The notes beneath the pieces are model-generated. The model was not told where the DNA came from, ran no database searches, and saw only the letters and a list, made by a program, of their open reading frames with translations. From positions 116,250,001-116,314,000 of the forward strand of contig JBITNC010000001.1 of assembly GCA_050084985.1 (NCBI GenBank): a DNA stretch of 64,000 nt, written 5' to 3'. This DNA is from Nageia nagi (lineage: Eukaryota; Plantae; Pinophyta). A program made the translations under genes and the position numbers. Of the stretch, positions 27,001-39,000 are shown piece by piece; the stretch's first letter is position 1, and every line of letters begins with the position of its first letter.

Positions 27001-30000
27001 AAGAAATCTGCATGTACATTGATAGCTTGGATGGCTGCATCAAAAATCCTCTTTACTACGGACTCCCCTTAGATATCTTTGTAGATATCATACTCCCAGT
27101 GGTCAGCTCTCTCATAGAAATGCTGGAACTTGTTCTGGTACCACCACTTGGGATAAGCTCGTCACATGGGGGTGCTCTTTTTTTCTAAATATTTTTCATC
27201 AGCCAGCTCCTTGGATCTGACCTTGCCATGCAATAACAAGTACACAAGATAGGAATTCATGTAAAATCTCTTCAAGGAGCCAAAATAGGCTAACTGGTGG
27301 CGTAGGGCATCACTGATTACCCTAGCCCATCGGATAGCTCTCTTTGAACAAATGATTGCAATAAAGCTTGTAAACTCCTTTGTGTACTTTGCATCGTTCT
27401 CCTGACCAGTGACCCTAGACAAAAGAGTGATCAACTTGGCCACAACAGGAAAGAACTACTCTTTGCGAGCGTTGATCAACCTCTAACCTTGAAGATTTTG
27501 GTAATCTTCCAGTAACCAAGGCCGAATGTAGTCCCCAGGCCAAGCCGTGGAATCATGGAATTCTTCGGAGTGTGCCACTGTGTAATCCTCCCCATACCTT
27601 TTTCAACCAAAGGCTGCTTCAATCCCAGCAAGGGAGAAGTCCATGATTACATTTCCCACTACATCCCGTAGGACTCTCTTGTCATATTCACATTTCTTGG
27701 CTACCTTGTAGCATAAGTCAGGAAAGGGTATTGCAAAAGCATCATAGTGGTGTTGAACAAGCCGCATGTGTGGATGGGCTCTTTTGATAAATCCTCCTTA
27801 CTGATGGAGGTTGTGGAGCTAAAGTCTGGACGGGGTCCAAGCTTCCCCAGTTTGTATCACCAACGAAGATATATCTCCCTTTAAATTTGGCTTCAGGGAG
27901 CTTTGGTCTCTCTCTCTCTTGAAATTCAATTAGGCTCTCTTTCGAAAGCTGGGCCATCTGGTTCTTGGTCACATGTCTCTTGAACAACTGCCCTTGAATT
28001 TTCTTGGCCCTTGATGGAGGTGGTCTAATGGTAGAGGCCACTTGGAAATGTCCGAGAAAGCCCCAGGAGAACTTAAGGACAAGTCTGAATGCAGTCAAGG
28101 AGGCAACAGAAGAGAACCAAAAGTGCAGGCCTGGGTTGGTGGACATCCAACACATTGAATGAAAGTTGCCTTCTTTTTATATGAGATGCATGGAGGGTGA
28201 ATGTGTGGCAAAGTGCATGCTTGCCACTTGTCTTCCTCTCTTCCCAACTCCTAGCATCTCAAACTTGGTCAATTCCCCCTTGCAACCCTGGGTGCATAGT
28301 TTTGGATGAGTGCTTGAGGACTGCCTGAAAAGCATACGATTGGGCCTTGGATCACATAGTCAATTTTTAAGGTATGATTCTTCACCTCACACCTGGGCAC
28401 ATGGATCTGGATGAGTGGAAAAACATGCACTGCAAAGCATGCACCTCAAGGGCTATCTAAATGCACAATGATCCCCTTTTATCTCCTTATTTCTCTTGGG
28501 CGCACCGTTTTGGATGAGTGCAAAAGCATGTGCTAGAAATGGTGCGATTGGGGAGTAAGGTGAAAATATGAGATGAAGTGGTAAAAATGACTAAGGGGTG
28601 GCCTACTATTTATAACCTTCCATGCTGCCACGTGTCACCTTGGATTGGTCAGATTAAGGGTCAAATGGTAGAGTTAAAACAAAGGGCGCATGGTTTGGAT
28701 CAGGTGCAAAAGCGTGTGTCAAAAAGCATGCGACTAGGGGGTAGGGTACTTAGTCAATTTTCATGTCATGATAGGGCCCAATTCCTGGTCGCATTGTTTT
28801 AGGAGAGTGCAAAAGCATGCACCTTAAACCTTGCGCCTAGCCTTTCCTTCCAAACTTCAAACACTTAGCCAATTTCACTCGGGCCAAAACGTTTGAGATT
28901 GGGCACATGACTTGGGAGGAGAACTTTTCATGTACAAAAAATGACGCAACTAGGGTCTAGCATGCCTCTCGAGACGATAAATTCCAAAAACAGGTGAAAA
29001 ATGACTAAAAGATACAAATTTGAGCAGGTCGCACGTTTTGAAGGATTTGCTTTTTCTCCCTTAGCTCCACGCAATGCTCCTGGCAACCTTCCAAACAAAA
29101 TGACTGAGGTTGACCTTCCTTTTATAGGCTTCTTGAATAGGACATGCGTCATCACATGATTGGTGCAAGAGGGGGTCGAATGCATGTGTTTACACTTGTC
29201 AACAATCTGAGTCTGCCACTTAGCCAATTTTTACCTTATGAATCTGGTCACATGGTTTTGGATGGGTGCAAAAGCACTCACTTGAAAACATGCGACTAGC
29301 CTTAATTATCTCAAAAATGGCTAAGTACAAGTCTCTTCTTCCCTAGTCGTGTGGATTTGGTTGGGTGCAAAAGCACTCACTTAGAAACATGCGATTAAGC
29401 TTTAATTTTCTCAAAAATGGCTAAGTACAAGTCTCTTCTTCCTTGGTCGCATGGATTTGGTTGGGTGCAAAAGCACTCACTTCGAAACATGCAACTAAGC
29501 TCCTTTTCCAAAAAAATACTAAGTATGAGAGCCTCTAGTTCTGGTTGCACCATTTTGGGTGGGTGCAAAAGCACTCACTTGAAAACACGCGACTAGCTGA
29601 AAACATGTTTTTGCCTTAAATTCTAACCAGAATGACTTCAGACATGAAATGCAATGAGGGAGAGATGAACTTCTGCAACATGAAGGACCTTGAAAGTGCA
29701 ATTTTAAGACTGAAAAATGCAAGTAACGATTATGAAATGCAACATGAAGGTGGTCGCACTTTTTAGGGAATGTGCAAAGCATGCCCCTTAAAACATGCGA
29801 CTAAGGAAAAATGCAGGTTTATGACTTGATTTGACTATGTCTATGCAGTTTTAGCATGTTTCTCGAGACTAGACCAAGATGCATACATTCCCTTGGACAA
29901 ATGTTTACCTCCATGCATTGTTTATTTTTATTTTTGAGGGTCCTCAACATGCAAAATTTTGGGGGGTGTTGTGCAGGCATAATAGGCTGGCCGTCCTCTA

Positions 30001-33000
30001 GCCATTTCCCAAGGGGTTGTCGAAGGGGCTCTCCAAAGAGGGACAGCTGGGTAAATGTCCCCTCAGCCGCTTCCCCACTTCATAAGATCAAGGGGCAGTA
30101 AATGACTCAAAAAAAGGGAGGAAGTGTGTCCCCGCATAACCATGGTTGTTGCTCATTTACGTATAGTGCTTTTTTTGCCTTTAAGTTACATGATTTGGTT
30201 TCTCCATATCTCTTATGGAAGTTCTTTTTCTTATAGTGTTTACCCATCAAAAGTAAGTGAACTTGGCATTAGTTTATCATATATGGATTATGGAACCAAA
30301 AATAAGAAATTGTATAGAATTTAAGTTTGAGGAATACTCCCCTCATTAACATTATTCTATCGTAAATTGATATTTAAACTCTAAAGATCATTATGTTAAT
30401 GTAAAGCTAGATAGCAATATACATCATACACTAGTTACTTTCACAAAAGATAGAATGCTTAAATCTTATGCATGAGTACTTTCATTCTTCAAATTTAGAG
30501 GCCATGATTAGGGGTTTTTAATTGTAATCCCATTTAATTTGGACAATGAACTCCTTATCAATAATCACATGGAAACTTAAAAATTTTGACTATCAAGTTA
30601 CAAAAATATATTGTTAAATTTTATGTGGTGAATCTCCTTGAAAACATACATTTAAATGCTTTGGACATGAGTGTGGTTTACAAAATCATTTCAAATGTGA
30701 ATGATAAATTCTGCTTAAGATAAAAATAGGGATTTGAAAGGGCTTGTACCCTTATAAAATGCAAAAGAAGGTTAGCCAAGTATTATTTACTCGGAAACCA
30801 TCAACCAATGTAACGAAAAAAAAGATCAAAAACAAGCTGAAAAGACTAACTACAAAATGTTACTGTCTTTGCTTCAAAATGCTACAAAAATATTCTTGAA
30901 TCAAACAAACTTTTACCAACCGCTTTCAAGAAGAGAACCATACCCCAGTTGGATGCATCAGATTATGCCTATAAACAAACTGGGAAGAATATTTGATTTT
31001 CTTTGATAAATTTTTCTGATATTATATCTTTCCATTCCTTTCTAAGTTAGACTCATTTTTTACCAATTAGAATTAGATTAGAAGAAAATATATTTGGGGG
31101 GATCCATCTCTGATCCTCTTCTGTAAGAGTACCCTATTTGCCAACCAACCTACACCATTGTTTCCTTCTCTAAGAACATACTCTACTTCATATTCTTTAA
31201 AGGATTCTAACATTTGTAGAGTGTTCTTAAGTATGCTAGTTACCTTCCAATTTAATTTAGCTTTCTCTTTTAGGCAATTAACTATTTTCAGAGAGTCTTC
31301 CTCAACCAACAATTTTTTTACCTTGATATCCTTTGCTAATTTGACACCAGTATAAACAGCTCTTGCTTCAGCCAAATGGCTGGTCATTTCTCTAAACATT
31401 ATGCAAAAACACCAACCATAACACCGTTAGTATTTCTAATAACCCCTCTACCTCTAGCCTTTTCAGGATTTCCTTAAAGACACCACCAAAAGTTAAGTTT
31501 AAACCAAGATGTTTTCGAGGGTTGCCACTTGACATTACTTCTTTTTGATTTCTGAGAAGAAATATGTGAGGATCCAAAATAACCCTCAATGAAAAACAAA
31601 CCAAACTAGGGCTTCTACAACCCTTAACACCCAACGTTGGGCCTCCTGAGCCAATGTGCGGTATGTGGGGTCCTCCCAACGCTGGCACACTCCTTTGTGC
31701 ACCCTGAACATACATGACACACATCTACCTAGGGATTCCCACAATCCGGGATAACCCATGAACTACACAACACACATTGGGATTCCCACAATCCAGGATA
31801 ACCCATTACACTAAACATATCACTACTCAAGGAGAGATGTCCCATTGCTGGGCTCACAGTGGGGTCCGCAGACCATAAGCTCCTGCTTGAGTTACACAAG
31901 TACACCATGAACATGAACAAACACTAGAATACAAAGTGACCATGATGCAATTCATCATTGGTCCAAATGTGACATCACAAAATATTGCCTGAATTGGTTT
32001 AAGTGTCCATCTAGCAACTAGAGAATCTTTCTCACTATTTCTGTTTTATTCTCCAACTTGGTGATGGATAAGTTGTCCAACTTGATTATGGATAAGTTGT
32101 TCAAAATTGCTCCTTTAATGGTTTGAGTATTTATGAGAATAGAGGTTTTCACCTCCTCAATGGTTTGAATGACATAAACTTGAGAGATTTTCCTAGAATA
32201 TTTATTGTTGAGGTCTTAGCATCGTAGAGAGTAATGTCATGGTTCTTGCTTGAGTTGGAGGCTAGGAAATTTTTACTTTCATAATTATGAACAACTATAT
32301 GTTCTTTTCTTATTATTCAACGCTTTGAATATATTTAGGCTTCAAAGCAAGTATCTATTATATAGGAAATAGACAAATATATTCATTTATTCCCGTAGTT
32401 GTAATATAAGTCGTCTTAAAATGATTTAAACGCAGCTGGTGCACAACACTTGGACTTCATTATTTATTGTTATGATTTGAAAATTCTAGTGTGTGTTCCA
32501 TGCCTTAAATTTGTTGTATACACATTTTGGTGACTTGGTTATGGATTTTATTTTACTTTGTTTTGATGTTCTAGATGAACTTGCTTTCCAACCAGTAAGG
32601 TGAATATTGTTTGTTAGTTTTCATTGCCTCAAATGATTTGAGCCAACAAACATTGTTTTTTTCATGATATATTAGGAATACAAACTATTTTTCAGAGGTC
32701 AAAGAATTTGGCAAGCTATCATAGGCAACCTCTTGGACAAAGGAATGGCTAAAGCCAATCAGGTTCTCTTTCTCACACACACTATCTGTCTCTTTCACAC
32801 ACACACATGAAGGCTTGTGCATGCGTGTATTTCAAATGCATTAGAAGAATTTTATGAATGATTTAACTTCTTTAAGAATAGTCAGTTCTGGCACAAGATC
32901 CATAAGACTGTGTGTTTACCTTGTCATAACTCTATCACTGAGAAGTTTTCTTTGTTTTTAAAAAGCTTTTAGATTTTGAATGCTTCAATATGGTTAGGAG

Positions 33001-36000
33001 AAAAACATGTTACAGAAATTGACGAGGTAGTTGGGAAGTTGAAAGGCTAGGCCATTACAACGATGGATTGAGATTTTAAAAAAGGGAAGAGCAAATGGAT
33101 GAATCGAGAACCTGGATGGTCCAGGAAGGCGGAAGAGTACAGGCTGACATTGTGTGTATTAAGGAAAAGGAAGCCAAAGGGTTTCTCATCTTGAAGGGCG
33201 TATACCAAAATGGGAAGATTATTTAAAGCATAAGAGTAGAGTGAAAATTGTATGTGTCCTTCAGCAATGATTCTTTATCTGCCTGAAATTTATCTATTCT
33301 CCATTTTAATGAAATGATATGGCTTTGGCCTCAGTTGTTTGTATTTAATAAACCAAATGCATAAACTTGTGTTGTCTTTTATTTATTACTCCTGCAGGAA
33401 TTTGAATGGTTTCTTCCATTGTTCAAATTATTGTTTTGTGCCCATGAATTCTGCATGTTTCGATTTGTATGTAGACCCTGTATGATGCTACATTAATATA
33501 TGATGCATCAGCTAATCCATGGACACAGTATTTGGAATCACAAGAACGAGCTTTGGTATGTCCCTGAAGATGTGTTCATGTCAACCATTTCCTACATTGT
33601 TGCTTAGAAACCTAGGCTGGTGTGTAACACCATCATGCAAATTGAAAGAAAGAGTCCAGCAGGACATCACAGTATTCGCTGACAATCAGAGGGCATATTA
33701 GACTTGTTGGGTATTGCCATTTATGTTAGCAGCATAAAAAAGTGCATGACCATTTTTTGAAAGCTATCACTAATGTTCATAGCTTCATAGTGCTCAACTC
33801 TGTAAGTTCTCCTATCTGCATTGAAGAAAATAGGTTCAACAAAGACATTATAGCATGGACACTAAGGGTCAAAGGTATAAGGGACTTGTTTCATTGTGAT
33901 GTTCTTAATTTTTCTTTGTTCCATATTATTAGCCAAGATGTGCAACGAATTAAGAAATGAGCAAGAAACAAGGAAACAATGCCAAAAATAGCTCAACGCA
34001 CAAGCATAATATGAGAACAAATGCCAATGCCTCAATATATATTAATGATGGAGCAAATACAAGGCAAATATGGCCCAATAGGGTTGACGTCTGGCTCAAG
34101 GGATCAAATATAGGGCACAACAAACTCAACATGCACCAGGAAAGATGATGTCATACTGCTATGGTGTTTAACCCCCGGATGTGACATGAAGAATTGAATG
34201 GACTAAGGGTTTTCGTCCTTAGCCAAGATCTAATGAGAGTTCCATCCCACTAAATCCTTCCCTTGCTAGGTTGCCATCCAACAAGAGGCCCAAGAGATGA
34301 CACTGCGCCACTCTCCGAAGTAGAATATGTCAAATGATGCTCAAGATGCCTTTTTCATGTTGCGCTACCCACATATATAGGTGACATCCCAGATTAGGTG
34401 CCAAGACCTCCTCCTAGGAATCATCAAGCTTGTACGTCTCATGTCTAGCCTCAGGATCACTCCAAACCAAGCGCTCACCTCTAATCCCATGTTGGGATCA
34501 TCACAATCACACCTAAATGCAAATTACACACCTATCTAGCTTAAGGGGTAGAGGTCTCACATTGGGGCTCACAATTGGTCCCTTGGACCCCTAAGTCTCC
34601 TATCCCGAGATTTCAATCATGCCTAAGATACATCAAAAGTATACTATCTATTAAATCACTCCTAAAAGGAATGACTTTTAAGATGGAACATTACAAGTCT
34701 GCCCTTCTCGAATTGCTTGACCCTAAGCAATGCAAAGCTTGATGTGAAAGTATCCCTAAAAAATTGCAGACTTCATGAGTCATGGTGAGGCCTTCAAGTT
34801 TTTCAAGGTAGTGAAGCCTTGTCTTCCATACATCCTTTGTATTATTGGCGACATCAAGATCCATACATCCTGTGAATAATTTTTGAAGTACCATCTTTGT
34901 CATACGAGCTTTATTTTTCATGTCTTTCAAATAAGCATATATGAAATCTACTAACTCATATCCTCCAAACTTAGCTCTAATTTTAAGATGGAACATCACA
35001 AATCTGCCCTTCTCGAATCTCTTGACCCCAAACAATGCAAGTCTACTAACTCATGTCCTCCAAACTTAGCTCTAATGCAAAACTGATTTAATGCTGGAAA
35101 GTTGAGTTTAGTGACGTCCTTTGTTTTCCTTCCAATGTCAATGGATGGATGAAGCTCAGTTCTGCAATTGAAACCATTATGCAACAGCTCAAGTTCATCC
35201 CTCAAGGTGCTCCCATCATCATACAAGCATGTGATGTTACCTCCTATTAGTGTATCAACTGCATCCAATAAAACAGTCCCCAAAATACCAACAACAGCCG
35301 GATCAAAGTCTCTTTTCTCTTCACAATAAACAACAGTCCGTCTCTTCTCCATTGCAGCCCATGAAAAGCAAAAAGAAGTCTTCAAAATGTCATCAAGAAG
35401 TGCCCAAACAGTCTCCTTACCAACGGCAGTCAAGGTACCATCAAATGCAACCTCTACTATATGAATAACGGTTTTCAAATCACCACGGAAAGATGCAACA
35501 ACAGTCCATTCATCAACAGCAGTCGATACCTCACCAATTTCAGTCCCAAAACTGATAGAGAGTGCAGCCCTCAGTGTGCAAACAGCAGCCAAAGAATTAG
35601 CCCCAAAATCAAGAAGATCATTACTGTAGATAGTTTGTGACCAACTATTGCCTTGTGAAATCCAGCAACTAGTGTAGTCCTCCATGTATAGTTATAAGCC
35701 CACAAATCAAAAGGTGCCCACAACCTTACAGCAGCAACCCTGAATGCATGAGGAATTGTCTTCCACTCTAAGCATGCCAAAAACACTTCCATAGCAACAG
35801 TGGCCAATTTGTCCATGTGTTCAGCTCCAAAACTACTGGGATCAGCCTTTAAGTATGCAAATGTGGCCCTCCTAGCTGTGTTCATGGGTGACACTGGGGT
35901 TACTTCCATAACAACGCCAACATCCTTGTTCTTTTCCCTTATGTAACTATGGTTCCATTTTCAGACAAGGTTAAAAACTAACAATCCCAAATCAATTATT

Positions 36001-39000
36001 GATGCATACCTTTCCATGGCTGGACATCCATACTCTAAGCTTGAAAATTCCTGAATCAAGTGTGCAATAATGCTCTGAGGACTCTTGGAGGCCAAACATT
36101 TCCTATTCAAGCCTGAAAGGTTCTCCTCCCTTCTTGCGTCCTTCTTGCCTAGTCGTCTATCTCCCTGTATGCTCTTCAAATGGCTAGATGAAGCTTGTGG
36201 GAAGTAATCCTTGACCCCTTGCAACGTGTATTCTCACTCATCCACCTTAAATTTCATTATCATTTTTCGATAATTGGAGCAAATGTCTTCCAAATTATAC
36301 AACCATTGCACTCCTAGTATCAGATGTGGAATGCCATCTAATGGATAGACGTAGAAAGCTTCCCATGCCACATAATCTTGAACTCTTATTCCGAACTTCC
36401 ACACTATCTTGTCAACCAATGTGAGCTTTCCATTTGCGTTGGTGACATGAAATCCTTGGTCTTGATTCCCTTCTTGCGCACAAATTCCTCATCAATGAAA
36501 TTTTGTGTTGCTCCTGGATTTATCAACACCATCACATCTTGATTTGAAGCTAGTCCCTTAACTTTGAGTGTAAAGTACTTGGGCACTCCACAAAGTGGTG
36601 TAATCATGCCCCTTATGACATTCTTGCTATCAAAGCATGAAAACTAGCACCTAACCTTGAGAGGCATGATTTTAGTATATTTTCGAAACCTTCAAGAGCA
36701 AAGTTGTTCATTTTCCCCTTCTCCACAATACCCATGTGCTATTTTTTCGAATTGGCAAAGTTGAAATTTCATGATTTTTGAGTGCAATTGGGTCTAGGCG
36801 CCAAAAGTTTTGCTTTGATGAAGTCAAACCCTCAAAACATGCACCTATGTGCTGGGGACATAGATTTTGGTTTTTTTCAAAAATTCCAAACCCAAACTTG
36901 CTTCATTTTGCCTTACACAGCTTGCCTTGTCATCGAAATTTGGGATCAAAATTTTGTCAAAATGATCACTTTGAACCTAGGTGCTATTTTTTCCTCCTTG
37001 GTGGCCTCAAACCCCAAAAATATGCACCTATCTCTCCTTGGTGCAATTTTGATCCAATTTGAAAAGTTTCAAGTCCAAACTTGCTTGGAATTTGACCCTT
37101 CATAGCTTGGCATCCTCGAAATTCGGTCCAAATTCTATCCAAAATGCACCCATTTTTTCCTTAGGCACCAATTTCTAGCCTTTGATGACATCAAAGCTTG
37201 GGAACTGCACCTAGTTGGGAGAGGGAGAAAACTTGGTCGAAATCCTAAACTTCCAAGCTTAAACTTTTCTAAAACAGGGTCTTTTACTGGCCTTTGTCTT
37301 TGGCAATTTTTGAAAAACAATTCCATCTCCTTTGGTCTCATTCAAGACCCAAAAATCCTGTTCTCTGGCGAATTCGCTGGATCTTGGATCCTTGGCTCCA
37401 AAATCGGTGACTGAATGCTTTGAATCATTTCAGGGTCTTCGATGAATGATCACCATGTATTGCTCCCTGATATCACCTTTACACTGCTCAGAATCAACTA
37501 TCTGTCGCCTAAAGTCAATCTCTAGTCAATGCACCTCATTGCCTTTGCAAAAATAGGGTCCCCAAAATCTTGTATTTTCAGGTGTGTTGTGTGGGCACAA
37601 CAAAATCCCTGTGCTCTGCCCCTGGGGATGCATATGGCTTAGGGGGAAGCATTATTAATTTATTACAATGAGAGGCTTCTAAGTGCCTCAAGATGTCAAA
37701 TTACAACTCATCAAGGCTAAGCTATGCAACACCTCACTTAAGGAGACTAATATTGTATTTACAATTATTATTTGCCTTGGTATTACAATTACAATAATTA
37801 TTTGTCAGCATTAAGTGGCCCATGCAATTTACAAATATTTAGTTAATAAAAAATAACAAATAATAACTCATAGAGTCCAACGTCCCATGTTGAAGAACCT
37901 CCAAGTGGGATAAGATATACAAAAATCCCATAATTAATGCCTAAATTACTAAAATATTCCCTAATTAGTCTACAACTACCAAAAGACTCCTAAATGGCTA
38001 AAAGAGCACAATGAGGGTGCACATCCTACTTCCTTGTGCCGGAGTCAATGAGACACCAAAATTTGGGAATATTACAAATTGATTACCAAAAATCCTCACA
38101 ATGTTCCACACGACTAGACAAACCACTCAAGGTTGAGAAACACCCAAGTATGGCCCTCAAGGTTTGACGCACCACTTTCACAAGTTGGACGAACCTCCCC
38201 AAACTAGATGAACGTTCCAAAAGGCTCCAATGATTGTATCTGATTTCTGGAACACAATTGCTTTGGAGCACCCCATGAATCCTATGAGGGATCCACTCCT
38301 ATGAACACAAGGGTTTTCGTCCTTGGTTCACAGAAGTTTCTTGAGGGTTTTCGTCTCCAAGAAACCTCTTGACTATGGATTTTCATCCATAGGAAGGGAA
38401 GAAACTAGCTTGGCGGCTAAGTCTCAAGATGATGATGATAGACAACAAAGATGTCCTCCAAATGATGCACCACACCCTCATATAGCTGGATGCCCCAAAT
38501 TGTGGTGTAGATCTGACTCTGAATGTAATGTTCCTTTTATTTTTATTGCTCAAGTGAATGCTCAAAACACAGAAATAAACTTGCAGCCAAGGAACAATGT
38601 CAAAACTCAGAAAAATATGCAAAATAATGGAGAGAATCAGCCAAGGAATTTTATTAAAAAAAATGATGTCAAACCAATACAATAGCTGAAGTGCCACAAA
38701 TGCAGATCCAAGCTCACAAAAATGCCACAAATTGGCCAGATCTGAAAATGATGCAACAGAATGAGGCTAGGCTCCCATGCAAGGCCTCCAACCCTCAAGA
38801 TCTCTCCAAGAAATCGCTACCTCCAACTCTAGATGTGCAAGCATCCCCAAGATTGAGGCCCACAACTCCTGAAGTCTCCCAAGCAATAGCTACCTTTAGC
38901 TCTAGGTGTACAAACACCCCCAAGACTAAGGCCCACAACCCTTGAGATCCAAATATGCATGAACACATGCACACTTGGGTTGAGAAAGGAATCTCCTTCA

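Larger units (their letters stand above)
23121..29984 (-). mobile_element. 6.86-kb element with the structure of a solo LTR (Tat-like Gypsy) carrying an internal gene; inserted in a hAT-like MITE (~22700-23120 and 29985-30145)
   Basis: Perfect TSD GGCTG (23116-23120, 29985-29989). The - strand start TATTATGCCTGCACAACACCCC resembles the LTR start TGTTGTGCTTGCACAACACACCCC at 58810. The - strand end CTAGGAAAGAAAAACATACCAACA resembles the LTR end GTAGGAAAGAAAAAGCCCCTAACA at 43920. No terminal direct repeats, PBS, gag or pol. Confidence 0.85.

Noticed and set aside
24499-27957. Host gene or envelope gene nested in the PAE intron
   Set aside because: It is intronless, broken by stops and frameshifts, enclosed by LTR termini and a TSD, and has no evident signal peptide or transmembrane segment.
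30108-30145. PPT plus LTR start (AAAAAAAGGGAGGAAG-TGTGTCCCC)
   Set aside because: Better explained as the end of the GGGGAC-rich MITE (compare 3242); the LTR boundary with its TSD is at 29984.
33060-33870. Possible gene or PPR fragment (CRIHG on the - strand near 33440-33457; short open stretch at 33095-33225)
   Set aside because: Isolated short matches with no coherent frame or splice structure.
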